NCBI GenBank assembly: GCA_041659005.1
Contig: JBAZZD010000001.1
Location: forward strand, 16,366 to 80,365
DNA length: 64,000 nt
Direction: 5' to 3'
Source: Minisyncoccota bacterium
GTDB taxonomy: Bacteria > Patescibacteriota > Minisyncoccia > UBA6257 > GWB1-50-10
The notes below the pieces were generated by a model. It was given only the letters and a program-made list of their open reading frames with translations, searched no databases and was not told the origin of the DNA. How positions within the stretch are numbered: position 1 is the first letter of the stretch; each line of letters opens with the position of its first letter. A program made the position numbers and the translations under genes. Shown here piece after piece: positions 35,470 through 45,811 of the stretch.

Positions 35470-36687
35470 CTATTTTTTCTTCTTTCTCAAAAATGCTGGT
35501 ATTTCCCACTCTTCTTCACTCTCAGTTTCAGGTAATTTCTGTTTTTCTTCAGAGGATTTTGCTTTTTCTTTAAATTCCTCCTGTTTTTGTGCCTCGTGGT
35601 GTGTAATCTTCGGTATCTCCTCCGTCATAAAAAGTGTTGGAGCTATCATTCTCTGCGAAAATACCCCATTAAAACCAGTCGCAATTACTGTTACCTTTAT
35701 GCTCTTATCCTTCAAGCTCCTATCATAATATGAACCAAAAATAACTCGAGCATTTGCATCAAGTCCTGAGGATACCGCACTTGCAATCTCATGCACCTCC
35801 ACCATTTTTATATCTTTTCCTCCCGCAATACTAAATAATACACTTCGGGCACCATCAATTGATATTTCAAGGAGTGGTGAGTTAAGTGCTGCCTGTATTG
35901 CCTTGTTGGCCCTGTCGCTGCCTGATCCCAATCCGATACCAATAAGCGTAGTTCCTGCGTCTTTTAATGTTGCACGAACATCCGCAAAATCAACGTTAAT
36001 AAGCCCAGGAGTGTTTATGAGTTCAGCAAGTGATTGTACTCCGTTTTTAAGTATTTCATCAATAAACCCAAATGCCTTTGCCATTGAGGTTTCTTTATCT
36101 ATTAAACTGAAAATTCTGTCATTTGGAATTACAACTAACGCGTCAACCTTGTCCTTCAAGCGAGTAATTCCTTCTTGCGCAATTTGCGTACGTTGTGAAC
36201 CCTCAAACATGAATGGCTTTGTAATAATTCCAATAGTTAATATTCCTTTTTCTTTTGCAACTTCCGCAACAACTGGCGCAGCACCAGTTCCCGTTCCGCC
36301 ACCAAACCCTGCCGTCACAAACACAATATCTGCTCCATCAACTAATTCTCCAATTTCAGATCGATTTTCTTCTGCTGCCTGTTTTCCAATTTCTGGATTC
36401 ATTCCAGCTCCAAGTCCACGAGTTAATGCCTTCCCAATATACACTTTGCGATGGGCAGAAACAAAATCAAGATCCTGTGCGTCAGTATTAATTGCGATAA
36501 ATTCAACTCCACGAACGCGTTCTGGCGACTCCATCATTCGTGATATCGCATTCCCTCCTCCACCACCAACACCAATTACCTTAATTTTTGCTGGTTGCAC
36601 AGAAGATTTTTTTACTATCTTTTGCATCTTTGAAATTTTCTCTTCAACTTTTTTTGACGCAGATAATTTGGTTTGTTTTTTCTTCAT
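35470..36687 (-). CDS. ftsZ: Cell division GTPase FtsZ
   Basis: GVGGGGGNAI. Tubulin signature GGGTGTGAAPVVA. Confidence 0.9.
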   Translation of the reverse strand: MKKKQTKLSASKKVEEKISKMQKIVKKSSVQPAKIKVIGVGGGGGNAISRMMESPERVRGVEFIAINTDAQDLDFVSAHRKVYIGKALTRGLGAGMNPEIGKQAAEENRSEIGELVDGADIVFVTAGFGGGTGTGAAPVVAEVAKEKGILTIGIITKPFMFEGSQRTQIAQEGITRLKDKVDALVVIPNDRIFSLIDKETSMAKAFGFIDEILKNGVQSLAELINTPGLINVDFADVRATLKDAGTTLIGIGLGSGSDRANKAIQAALNSPLLEISIDGARSVLFSIAGGKDIKMVEVHEIASAVSSGLDANARVIFGSYYDRSLKDKSIKVTVIATGFNGVFSQRMIAPTLFMTEEIPKITHHEAQKQEEFKEKAKSSEEKQKLPETESEEEWEIPAFLRKKKK

Positions 36688-36740
36688 TATTCAAAATTTG
36701 TATTATTTATTAGTACCACACTCTCCCATTCTATTCAATT

Positions 36741-37967
36741 TTATGGAATCAAATTCTTCATAAAAGACATTGCCCGGTCTGAGAATTTAGATCCCCATAC
36801 TTCTTTTTTTTCTTCACTCATTCCCCACAATAGCAATCCAAGCGCACTTGAAAATTCAGGATCATCTAGTAAATCATGATACGTTGGTGTAGTGATTTCA
36901 AATGGAGTGAGATCAGGAAATCCAACCTGAATCGGAAGATGAAGCTTTTCTCTCATATACTCAGTAATTCCTGGCAATTTTACTCCTCCTCCAGTAAGTA
37001 CTACTCCACCAGGGAGTTGGACAGTTCTTCCAAGTGTTACTAAATCTTTACTAATTACATCAATTATTTGCTCAAGACGAGCTTCAATAATTTCACATAA
37101 AAATCTCTTCGAAATATCTCCGTGTGCAGAAGGATCTAAATCAGAAAGGTTAATAGTTTCTTTTTTTGGTATTGTTCGCGCAATTGCATATCCATACCCA
37201 GTTTTTAATTTTTCGGCAATTGCAATTGAAGTTGTAAAACCAATAGCAATATCATTTGTTACATATCCCATACCAATTGGAATACACCGCGTATGTAACA
37301 CCTTCCCCTCCTCATACACAGCGATTGTTGTAGTTCCAAAACCAAAATCAACGAGTAAAACACCAAGATCTTTTTGTCGTTTTGAGAGTGATGCCCGTGC
37401 GGACGCAAGTGGATTAAAAATTACACCACCGACAGTAAGCCCTGCACGCTCAGCATTTTTTAGTAATGCATTTACATGCGGAGCAAATGCTTCAACAATA
37501 AGCGTACTTACTTCGAGTCGATTTCCAGTCATTCCAAGTGGATCGGCAATATCCCCAACATCATCAACAAAAAATTCTCTCACCACATTGTGAAGTACAA
37601 GTTTGTTATTCGCAAGTTTTACTGCTCGAGACGCCTGTACTACTCGATCAATGTCATCTTGTTGAATCTCTTGATCTGCACGAGCAACCGCAACAATCCC
37701 ACGAGACATTCTTGACCACACTTGCTCACTGGAAAAGTTTAAGAAAACATTTTTTGTTGCGCTCTTTGAAATACGTTCAAGGTCTTGTGTTATGCTTCGT
37801 AAACACTGACTAGCATCTTCAACATCAGTAAGTACTCCACGTTTAAATCCTTGTGATGGCTGCTTAAAAGCGGTCACCACTGAGAGTGTTCCATCTTTTT
37901 TAGGAGTCGCAACAACTCCTTTCACTTGCGATGATCCAATATCTAAACTTGTAATAATTGTTGCCAT
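36741..37967 (-). CDS. ftsA: Cell division protein FtsA (actin-like ATPase)
   Basis: N-terminal LDIGSSQVKGVV phosphate-1 motif. About 408 aa. Immediately upstream of ftsZ. Confidence 0.85.
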   Translation of the reverse strand: MATIITSLDIGSSQVKGVVATPKKDGTLSVVTAFKQPSQGFKRGVLTDVEDASQCLRSITQDLERISKSATKNVFLNFSSEQVWSRMSRGIVAVARADQEIQQDDIDRVVQASRAVKLANNKLVLHNVVREFFVDDVGDIADPLGMTGNRLEVSTLIVEAFAPHVNALLKNAERAGLTVGGVIFNPLASARASLSKRQKDLGVLLVDFGFGTTTIAVYEEGKVLHTRCIPIGMGYVTNDIAIGFTTSIAIAEKLKTGYGYAIARTIPKKETINLSDLDPSAHGDISKRFLCEIIEARLEQIIDVISKDLVTLGRTVQLPGGVVLTGGGVKLPGITEYMREKLHLPIQVGFPDLTPFEITTPTYHDLLDDPEFSSALGLLLWGMSEEKKEVWGSKFSDRAMSFMKNLIP

Positions 37968-38022
37968 TGGTAGATATAAAAAATCCTAAATCCTGCGCCG
38001 CACACATTGTGATTCGAAGAAT

Positions 38023-38442
38023 TTAAGACTTAACAATAAAAGAAAGAATCTCATCCTCGACCCCTTCCATTACTATCCTATCACGTTTTTCTTCGTGCGT
38101 GTATCCCAATAAATGCAACAAGCCATGGACAGCAAGAAGTTCAATATCTTGTCTCTGTTTTTTAATGAATTCTGGAGCAAGATATACTTCGCCGAGATAA
38201 TTGTGCTTATCAGCACGCGGAAATCCATGCGTCTCAAAACTCAACACATTAGTGATTTTTTCTATCCCACGAGTCACATTATTTATTGTGCGCATTTGAC
38301 TGTTCGTAACAAGATAAACTTCAACAGTCCCCTTCTTTTTTAATTTTTTAAGTGCTTTTTCACATGCATTTTTTGCAACCGCCGCATATCCATCATATCC
38401 TTTTTTTGAAACAATAAGCTCTACCAATTCCATATATTTCAA
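38023..38442 (-). CDS. ybeY: rRNA maturation RNase YbeY
   Basis: Metal-binding HGLLHLLGYTHEE (H-x3-H-x5-H). Confidence 0.85.
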   Translation of the reverse strand: MKYMELVELIVSKKGYDGYAAVAKNACEKALKKLKKKGTVEVYLVTNSQMRTINNVTRGIEKITNVLSFETHGFPRADKHNYLGEVYLAPEFIKKQRQDIELLAVHGLLHLLGYTHEEKRDRIVMEGVEDEILSFIVKS

Positions 38443-38445
38443 TTG

Positions 38446-38481
38446 TACCTCAAAACAAAAAAATCTGCTTTTTAGGCAGAT
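38446..38481 (-). terminator. Hairpin + T-run between yqeY-like gene and ybeY (terminator/attenuator candidate)
   Basis: ATCTGC..GCAGAT stem followed on the minus strand by a T-run. Confidence 0.35.
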
Positions 38482-38482
38482 T

Positions 38483-38941
38483 TTATTTTAGTATTTCTTT
38501 TATAATTTTCGTCACCACAGTTCCATCTACCTTTCCTTTCAAATCTTTCATCACTATACCCATTACCTTTCCAAAATCTGACGCTGGTGGATTTCCCATT
38601 GTTTCTATTTGTTTCTGAATAATTATCCGAACCTCTTCTTCATCCATTTGTGGAGGAAGAAACTTCTCAATAATTATAAGTTCTTTTTTTTCTTTATCCG
38701 CGAGATCACTGCGATTGCCCTGTGTATATAATCCAATTGCTTCTTTTCGTTTTTTTACCTCGCGCGTCACCACCTCAATAACCTCTTCTTCGGAAAGTTC
38801 TGACGCTCCAGTCTTTCCTCTTTTTTCTATTTCCCTATTTTGAAGTGCCGCTAAAAGCAATCTGAGCGTTTCTACAACGCTCATATTCCTTGCCCGCAAC
38901 GCCTCAGTATATTCATTATGAATTGTCGCTTGCGTCGCCAT
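38483..38941 (-). CDS. GatB/YqeY-domain protein
   Basis: 152 aa. EALRARNMSVVETLRLLLAAL matches the YqeY family N-terminus. Confidence 0.75.
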   Translation of the reverse strand: MATQATIHNEYTEALRARNMSVVETLRLLLAALQNREIEKRGKTGASELSEEEVIEVVTREVKKRKEAIGLYTQGNRSDLADKEKKELIIIEKFLPPQMDEEEVRIIIQKQIETMGNPPASDFGKVMGIVMKDLKGKVDGTVVTKIIKEILK

Positions 38942-38951
38942 AGTAAATAAA

Positions 38952-39167
38952 TTACTTATGTCCGTATTTTTTTATCTTAGCCATCTCGGATCGCTTCTCA
39001 ATACGATACAATGCCGCTCCACGTCGTTTGGTCTTATTTGCTGTTCTGGTCGTAAATGTACGTTTACGAGTTTCTTTTACCAATCCACTTTGTTGTACCT
39101 TTCTATTAAAACGATAAATAAGTGAGTTTGGAGCCTCTCCTTCTCTTTTTCTTGCTTCAATTGCCAT
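38952..39167 (-). CDS. rpsU: 30S ribosomal protein S21
   Basis: 71 aa, basic. SLIYRFNRKVQQSGLVKETRKRTF pattern of bS21. Confidence 0.8.
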   Translation of the reverse strand: MAIEARKREGEAPNSLIYRFNRKVQQSGLVKETRKRTFTTRTANKTKRRGAALYRIEKRSEMAKIKKYGHK

Positions 39168-39582
39168 GTTTGTTATTTATAATGCGATTTTTTATTTCTG
39201 TCAACGATTCGCTTGGTGAATTTTGAACAACGCTGTGAATAGAATTTCCCCCATCATTTTTCCACCGAGGAATTATGTGAATATGTAAGTGATCAACGGC
39301 CTGCCCTGCACATTTTCCATGATTGATCCCGATAGTAAATCCGTCGGGATTTAGACACTCTTTAAGAATTTTTGTCACTTTCTTTAACGCAGTAAAAATA
39401 TTCAATATTTCTGAATCAGCAACATCAAGAATAGTCTCACAATGAATTTTTGGAAGTATCATCGTGTGACCCGGCGCAATCGGATGAATATCAAGCACTG
39501 CACGAACATGCTCATCTTCATAAATTGTCTCAGAAGAAAATGTGCCGTTTGCTATATTACAAAAAATACAATCTTCCTTCAT
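39157..39582 (-). CDS. HIT-family (Hint-like) hydrolase
   Basis: CIFCNI N-terminus. Histidine triad DHLHIHIIPR. Confidence 0.8.
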   Translation of the reverse strand: MKEDCIFCNIANGTFSSETIYEDEHVRAVLDIHPIAPGHTMILPKIHCETILDVADSEILNIFTALKKVTKILKECLNPDGFTIGINHGKCAGQAVDHLHIHIIPRWKNDGGNSIHSVVQNSPSESLTEIKNRIINNKHGN

Positions 39583-39586
39583 GAGT

Positions 39587-40867
39587 TTATTTTAGCCATT
39601 TTCTTACCTGTTCGGGAAGTTTCTCGGCAAGAAGTATTTCTTGTGCTCCTGTTTTTATATTCCGAATTATTACCGTTCCTTCAAATGCCTCCTTCTGCCC
39701 AACAATAAGCGTAACCCCCGCCTCTTTCTCTGCCGCTTTCAATTGTAATCGCAAAGTCTTTTTTCCCAGCTCTTCAGCAACAGGAATTCCCGCACTACGA
39801 AGCTCATTAATAAGTCGAACGCTCATTTTTTTTGCTTGTTCCCCTACTGCAATAAAAAATGCTTTTGGTTTTTCTTTTTTTTGTGGGTGGAGTCCTTTTG
39901 TCTTCATTCGCTCCATTACTCGACATAAACTAAGAGCAACCCCAACACCATGAATTGTCTTTCCAAATAACATCTCTGCCAAATAATCATATCTGCCACC
40001 ACCAGCAAGCGAAAGCAGATCACCACCCGAAACGATTTCGAACACGGTACGATTATAATATTCTTTTTCGCGAACAAAATAGGGATCTGGTTCGTACGAA
40101 ATTCCATTCTCCTCAACAAATTCAAGTACGGATTTAAAATGGTTATTGCATCCCTGACAAAGAAAATCAAGAATGATTGGCGCATCAGCGCGTAATGCTT
40201 TACATGAATTCTCTTCACATAAAAAACAGTGCATTGGGTTTGTTTCAACTGTTTCTTTACAATCCTCACATAACTTTTGTTTCTTTAGATATGCTTTTAA
40301 TTTATCACGATAGTTACTTCTACACACCTTGCATCCCATTGTATTAATTTTTACTTTAAGTTCAGTAAATTTTAGTTGTTTTAACATCCCAATCGCGGCA
40401 AGCATTACCTGTACGTCATACACGGGATCATTGTCTCCAACAATATCAAACCCCCATTGTTTTATTTCTCGTTCAAATCCATCTTTTATTTTTCCATTAC
40501 GAAACACTGGACCGTATTGAAATACACGAAGTGGGGAAGAAAAATATCCAAGTCTATGTTCTACATAGCTGCGAAGTACTGGCGCAGAAAGATCCGCGCG
40601 CAATGCCAGCTTTCCCTCTTTTGTTTCAATCCTAAATAATCGTTTTTCTGCTTGTTCCTTACATGTGCCGGCGCTTTTTAAAAATAGATCTACGTTTTCA
40701 ACAATGGGAGTTTCGATATATGCAAAATCAAAAATATCTGCAACTGAATGTCCCGCATCAAGAATTGCACGCCACCACTCACCATCTTTTGGATGAAGGT
40801 CTTTCATTCCTTGAACACTTACGATATCTTGTGGTGATTTTGTATTTTTTTGTTTTTTCATTTGCAT
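39587..40867 (-). CDS. hisS: Histidyl-tRNA synthetase
   Basis: Class II motifs: LRVFQYGPVFRNGK and LAGGGRYDYL. Anticodon-binding C-terminus. Cys-rich insertion. Confidence 0.85.
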   Translation of the reverse strand: MQMKKQKNTKSPQDIVSVQGMKDLHPKDGEWWRAILDAGHSVADIFDFAYIETPIVENVDLFLKSAGTCKEQAEKRLFRIETKEGKLALRADLSAPVLRSYVEHRLGYFSSPLRVFQYGPVFRNGKIKDGFEREIKQWGFDIVGDNDPVYDVQVMLAAIGMLKQLKFTELKVKINTMGCKVCRSNYRDKLKAYLKKQKLCEDCKETVETNPMHCFLCEENSCKALRADAPIILDFLCQGCNNHFKSVLEFVEENGISYEPDPYFVREKEYYNRTVFEIVSGGDLLSLAGGGRYDYLAEMLFGKTIHGVGVALSLCRVMERMKTKGLHPQKKEKPKAFFIAVGEQAKKMSVRLINELRSAGIPVAEELGKKTLRLQLKAAEKEAGVTLIVGQKEAFEGTVIIRNIKTGAQEILLAEKLPEQVRKWLK

Positions 40868-40874
40868 ATATTAA

Positions 40875-41417
40875 TTAATATGTTGCAGGCTTAAATGCAC
40901 TCACTGCGTTAAATGGCCAAAGACGAAGCTTCACCACACCAGTCACCTCTCCTCGTGTAAGCGAACCCCACGAACGTGAATCATAACTGAAATCACGATT
41001 ATCTCCCATAACAAAGTATTCGTTTAGAGAAAGCGTCTCGTCAACATCTTTTTGAATACTCATTCCTGATATATATGATTCTTTCAATTCAATCTTTTTT
41101 TCGTCTACTCCATATACTACGACGGAATCGCCTCGCACCACCACTCTTTCTCCCGGAAGACCAATGATGCGCTTTATGTAATAGGTTTTGTGATCACCTG
41201 GATATTTAAACACAACCACTTCACCACGCATGGGCTCTCTAAATCGATACGCAAGCTCGTCAACCAAAAGATAGTCCCCATCTTTAAAATTTGGTTCCAT
41301 GCTTGATCCGCTCACTAAAAACGGTTGTGCAATAAAAGTTCGTACTAACAGGACTGCGATCACTGCGACAGCAACTGTTTCAACGACTTCGAATAAAGAC
41401 CAGAAAAATTTTCTCAT
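40875..41417 (-). CDS. lepB: Signal peptidase I
   Basis: GSSMEPNF catalytic Ser box and KRIIGLPGE box. Confidence 0.8.
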   Translation of the reverse strand: MRKFFWSLFEVVETVAVAVIAVLLVRTFIAQPFLVSGSSMEPNFKDGDYLLVDELAYRFREPMRGEVVVFKYPGDHKTYYIKRIIGLPGERVVVRGDSVVVYGVDEKKIELKESYISGMSIQKDVDETLSLNEYFVMGDNRDFSYDSRSWGSLTRGEVTGVVKLRLWPFNAVSAFKPATY

Positions 41418-41471
41418 GTATGTATGGGTAAGTAGCGGTCTAGCTCTTAGTATGCGATAATTTTACTCAAG

Positions 41472-42008
41472 ATGACCAGAGAGTTCAACCCTCACACTAT
41501 ATCCCTCATTGTCGGACTTGGGAACCCTGGAAAAGAATATGAAAATACATTTCACAATGCAGGCCGATTGATTATTGAAACAATTCTTAAAACTCAATCG
41601 CTTTCTTCTCCAAAACATTCGTTTTCATATACAAAAATTGGACAGTTCACTTTTATGATTCCTAATATTTACATGAATGAATCGGGACTAGCAGTTAATG
41701 ACGCACTTACTTATTTCAAGTTTTTACATTCCTCGCTCCTCATCATTCATGATGATGCCGATTTACAAATTGGAACCGCAAAACTGCAATTTGGAAGAGG
41801 AGACGCCGGACATAATGGAATAAAATCAATCGTCAAAGCACTTGATACAGAAGAATTTTGGAGATTCCGCATAGGAATACGAAGAGAAGAAAGTGAGGGA
41901 GAAAAGAGAAGAAAAGCAGAATCGTTTGTTCTCTCTCAAATAAAAAAATCTGAGAAGAAAATTTTTCAATTGGAGGCTGAAACAATAAAAAAAATGCTAG
42001 TAATCTAA
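41472..42008 (+). CDS. pth: Peptidyl-tRNA hydrolase
   Basis: LIVGLGNPGKEYENTFHNAGRL and GHNGIKS motifs. Confidence 0.85.
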   Translation: MTREFNPHTISLIVGLGNPGKEYENTFHNAGRLIIETILKTQSLSSPKHSFSYTKIGQFTFMIPNIYMNESGLAVNDALTYFKFLHSSLLIIHDDADLQIGTAKLQFGRGDAGHNGIKSIVKALDTEEFWRFRIGIRREESEGEKRRKAESFVLSQIKKSEKKIFQLEAETIKKMLVI

Positions 42009-42029
42009 TACTCTTCTAAAAAGAGTATT
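42007..42029. terminator. Hairpin between convergent pth and downstream gene
   Basis: AATACTCTTctaaaAAGAGTATT. Confidence 0.35.
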
Positions 42030-42034
42030 ATTGT

Positions 42035-43531
42035 TTACTGAGAAAATCTGAAAGAAATTTGGAAACCAACTGAACCATCATCTCTTGTAGCAATCTGAGA
42101 AACAAGAAGATTTACATCAGTAAAATCTTTCTCTTTTGTAAGAACATTTTTAAAATCAACAATTGAATTAGTATCCGCTCCATGCGCAAGCATAGAGATT
42201 GAATCACCTACATTTCCAACATCAATTTTATCAATTGTAATTCCACTTGCTTTTGTGATTGTTTGAATTCTACTAAAAAACAGCGGCCATTGTTTTTTGG
42301 TTAATTCGATTGTACTAACATTTCTAACAAGGGAATTGAAAATATTCACATCACTTTCTAAGCGGGCAAGTTCTTCTTTTGGAATATTTGCACTAAAAAT
42401 CGCAAGATTGCTCCGTGTTTTTGAAAGTTCATTTCCAATAATATATGCGCTTCCCGCAAAAAAAATAAATAAAAGTCCAAGCACAGAAACATAAATCCCC
42501 CTCCATAAATATATAAACCGTATTGTCTGCTCTCTAAGAAAGAAGTCTCCTGAAGAAGTTGACATAAAATTGATTGCATCCCCAAATTTATACGAAGCAT
42601 TTTCTCTCAGGGCCGCTCCAATTACTGCATACCATGACGACGGAATATTCCACGATGGAATGGAAAAAAGTACGGTAGGAAGTGAAAAACGAGTTTGCAC
42701 AAATTTCTGCATTCCTTCTTCGAATCCCGGAGCAACCAAAAATACTCTCTCGGGTGCTTCGCGAAATTTACTAACAGAAAAATTTATTACACGTTGGAAT
42801 TCATCTGCAACAACCGACTCGAAATAGTCTTTTGTAATTTCTTTTTTATCTCCCTGTATTGATCCCCATGATTTAAAATAATCAAAATACAATGATTTAT
42901 TCTTTATAATTGATAAATTCATACCGTCAGAAGAAATATGCATAAGTAGTGCTGGCTTTTCTCCTGTTATATTTGCAAGCGCAATAAGTCTGGCAAGCGA
43001 GAGCGAAGGAAATTCAAATGCCACAGTAGAAAACCGTGATTCCTCAAGCGCATGTCGAATTGTATCAACAAATGCCTTATCAACAAATGCTCCCAATAAT
43101 TCAAACTGATCTTGTGTCTCGCGTGCTATTTGCCAACTCATGTATGAATGGTCAATAGACATCGGAGAAATCATTTGAATATTTAAATTTGCCGATTCCT
43201 TTAATTTATCTAATCCAATATTTGGAACAGTGAAGCTTTGTGTATACACACCAGAAGAAGGAAGGATAATCGTTAATGGGATAGTTACTTTGGGATCATT
43301 TAAGAGGGCATTATGAAGTTGTGCTAATGCATCTTTAAATTTATTTACATCAATTACTCGTCCTTCTCGAATCACTCCATAAGGAAGTTTTATTGTAAGC
43401 GGACGCACATTGCCTGCCTCAATAGAAAGATACTGCAGCGCTGCATCCGTTATCAAAAGCCCGCCAACATTTGGTTTCGAACTTAACCGTTCAAGAAAAT
43501 ATTTTATCTTTTGAGTTATTTTAGAATCCAT
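42035..43531 (-). CDS. PilM-like (actin-fold) N-terminus fused to TM/PilN-like region; putative type IV pilus/competence assembly protein
   Basis: N-terminal VGGLLITDAALQYLSIE resembles the PilM/FtsA-like fold. Single TM around residue 340. Weak. Confidence 0.35.
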   Translation of the reverse strand: MDSKITQKIKYFLERLSSKPNVGGLLITDAALQYLSIEAGNVRPLTIKLPYGVIREGRVIDVNKFKDALAQLHNALLNDPKVTIPLTIILPSSGVYTQSFTVPNIGLDKLKESANLNIQMISPMSIDHSYMSWQIARETQDQFELLGAFVDKAFVDTIRHALEESRFSTVAFEFPSLSLARLIALANITGEKPALLMHISSDGMNLSIIKNKSLYFDYFKSWGSIQGDKKEITKDYFESVVADEFQRVINFSVSKFREAPERVFLVAPGFEEGMQKFVQTRFSLPTVLFSIPSWNIPSSWYAVIGAALRENASYKFGDAINFMSTSSGDFFLREQTIRFIYLWRGIYVSVLGLLFIFFAGSAYIIGNELSKTRSNLAIFSANIPKEELARLESDVNIFNSLVRNVSTIELTKKQWPLFFSRIQTITKASGITIDKIDVGNVGDSISMLAHGADTNSIVDFKNVLTKEKDFTDVNLLVSQIATRDDGSVGFQISFRFSQ

Positions 43532-43542
43532 TGTTTTGCTGC

Positions 43543-43989
43543 TTACTGTACAGGACGTTCATTCACTGATCGTAGTTCCGCAAGCCCCGTTGTCGTGTCC
43601 ATTAATAATACTGCAACGAGTTTGCGCTGTCTTGTTCCTGCGGCTCCCAATGCAGTAATTGTATATTCACAATTTTCTCCTACTAATTCGCGCGATGAAG
43701 AAATATTCGCAGTATCTTGATCAATATTAAATGAATAAGGAGAAAGATCGCCGCACAAAGAACCAAGGCGTACAAGACGAATTTGAGCATCACGAATTCC
43801 GGATGATGCCACTGAAAGTGCACGAGCAGAAAGACGCTCTCCCATTCCAGAACTGCTCAAAAAATATGTTACAAACGATCCAGCAACCGCAATTTCCAAG
43901 ATAAGTCCACTGATAAGAATAATAAATGCGAGCGTTGCCTGTCCTGTTAGAAATTTAACGGGATAGAGTTTAATTTCATTTTTATACAT
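43543..43989 (-). CDS. Hypothetical N-terminal-TM protein (possible pilin-like/PilO-like)
   Basis: Hydrophobic N-terminus LTGQATLAFIILISGLILEIAV. Weak pilin-like. Confidence 0.25.
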   Translation of the reverse strand: MYKNEIKLYPVKFLTGQATLAFIILISGLILEIAVAGSFVTYFLSSSGMGERLSARALSVASSGIRDAQIRLVRLGSLCGDLSPYSFNIDQDTANISSSRELVGENCEYTITALGAAGTRQRKLVAVLLMDTTTGLAELRSVNERPVQ

Positions 43990-44118
43990 AAATTAGGTGT
44001 CAACGAAATAACGAACGGGAATGCAATTATTATCTCCACCGAAACCCGCCGGTACTTATTGCGCACCATTATAATCATCATAGCAAAAATCCGATGCGGT
44101 TGCATCGGATTTTTCATG

Positions 44119-44574
44119 TTATTTCTTTTCTTCCTGTTGTGGAGCCTGCTGAACTGGAGCTTGTTGTGCTGGCACTTGTTGCTGCACTTGTTGTTGTCCC
44201 GGTTGCGGAGCAAGATCAGGATTTTGAGTAAACACCTTTGCAAGTTCACTATCGTCGCGAAGTGTTGTAAACCATACAACCTCCGAACGATTAATCTTCA
44301 TAAAATCCGACGGACCCCAAAAGACATTCTTAAATCGCTGAACGCTTACTGGATTCTTTTGATCGGCTTGGTTTACCTGCAAGAGATATGGCTCTTTCAA
44401 ACCAAAATATGGAAATCGAACCAGCTTTCCAAAATATAAATCGCCCGTTTTTAAATACACCGCAGTATAAGTTGGCTTCCCAATCAACTCTTTAACTATC
44501 ACGAACCCTGCGAGTAAGACGAGAAGAACAATTATAACAATAAGAAGGACCTTGTTTGTTTTATTTATGCTCAT
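44119..44574 (-). CDS. Membrane-anchored protein with Q/P-rich C-terminal tail
   Basis: N-terminal TM. C-terminal QQQVQQQVPAQQAPVQQAPQQEEKK. Confidence 0.3.
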   Translation of the reverse strand: MSINKTNKVLLIVIIVLLVLLAGFVIVKELIGKPTYTAVYLKTGDLYFGKLVRFPYFGLKEPYLLQVNQADQKNPVSVQRFKNVFWGPSDFMKINRSEVVWFTTLRDDSELAKVFTQNPDLAPQPGQQQVQQQVPAQQAPVQQAPQQEEKK

Positions 44575-44598
44575 AGAAATATTATAGCATACTGCATT

Positions 44599-45516
44599 TT
44601 ATTGATTATGAAATGACTCATAGATGTTTAATATTGCTTTTATTGCGTCTCCAACCGAAATATTATTCTGCCGATATGGAACGTCGGTAACATCTCCTGC
44701 TGCCCAAATACCCTTGCATGTCGTCGCTTGCGTTCGGGCGTCAACAATAATCGCTCCATATTGATTGACCTCCACAAGTCCAGAAACAAGCCCACTATTC
44801 GGAGTTGCCCCAATTTCTACAAACACCCCTTCAACCGCAAAAGCTCTTTCTCCTCCTGTTTTTAAATCAGTAAATACAATTTCTGTAACCATTCCGTTCC
44901 CCTTTATTTCTTTCGTTTCCGCATCATAAATAATTTCTACCTTTTCCTCATTCTTTATTTTTTCTTGTGTTATTGGATCTCCTTTTAATTCTTTTCCGTG
45001 GTGCAATAAAAATATTTTTTTGGCATAGGGAATTAAATCAATTACTGCCTCAAGTGCCGAATTCCCCCCACCAACAACCGCAACCGACTTATCCCCAAAC
45101 AATGGGGCATCACAGATTGAACAATAAAATACACCCCTTCCTTCAAATTCTTTTTCTCCAGAAACATTTAATTTCTTTCGTCCGCTTCCCGAAGCAATAA
45201 GCACTGTTTTTGTTTCAAATTGTTTTAATTTTGTTGATACAATAAATGTTCCATCATCTTTTTTCTCAATGTGTTCTACTCGTTCTCCTTCGACAATTTC
45301 TATTTCTTTTTGTGTACGCAAATGTTTTTCAAACGACTGAGCAAGTTCAAGTCCAGAAATAGATGGTATGCCGATCCAATTCTGTATGTCGGCGGAAACT
45401 ACAGACTGTCCGCCGAAGGAATCTGTTATCACAAGTGCATGCAATCGTTTTCTCCCCGCATAAACCCCCGCGGATGTAGCCGCTGGTCCACCACCAATAA
45501 TTATAAGATCATACAT
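44599..45516 (-). CDS. trxB: Thioredoxin-disulfide reductase
   Basis: FAD motif IIGGGPAATSAG. Redox CSICD. NADPH motif VVGGGNSALE. Confidence 0.85.
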   Translation of the reverse strand: MYDLIIIGGGPAATSAGVYAGRKRLHALVITDSFGGQSVVSADIQNWIGIPSISGLELAQSFEKHLRTQKEIEIVEGERVEHIEKKDDGTFIVSTKLKQFETKTVLIASGSGRKKLNVSGEKEFEGRGVFYCSICDAPLFGDKSVAVVGGGNSALEAVIDLIPYAKKIFLLHHGKELKGDPITQEKIKNEEKVEIIYDAETKEIKGNGMVTEIVFTDLKTGGERAFAVEGVFVEIGATPNSGLVSGLVEVNQYGAIIVDARTQATTCKGIWAAGDVTDVPYRQNNISVGDAIKAILNIYESFHNQ

Positions 45517-45559
45517 AAATTTATAAGATTTAAATTAGAATTTAAAATGTTCAAATTGG

Positions 45560-45727
45560 TCATTATTCTTCTGGTGGAGTGAAATTCCACATGACAAACA
45601 GAGAAATGAGGCATCCAGAAAGAATATTGCTCCACAACGCAATATTATATGAGGAGAATCCAAGTATCCATGGAGAGACAAGAACCCAAATCCCCAAACC
45701 AAATACTAACCAATAATTCCAACTCAT
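45560..45727 (-). CDS. Possible 55-aa SPW-motif small membrane protein (unannotated)
   Basis: Hand translation MSWNYWLVFGLGIWVLVSPWILGFSSYNIALWSNILSGCLISLFVMWNFTPPEE. Below the ORF-track cutoff. Confidence 0.25.
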
Positions 45728-45761
45728 AATAATAGTATAGGATGATTTTAAAAAAATAAAA

Positions 45762-45789
45762 ACTGTCCAGTTTAAACGGGACAGTTTTT
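45762..45789. terminator. Bidirectional intrinsic terminator
   Basis: AAAAACTGTCCagtttaaacGGGACAGTTTTT. Confidence 0.55.
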
Positions 45790-45811
45790 AAATGGGAAAT
45801 TCTTATTTCTA

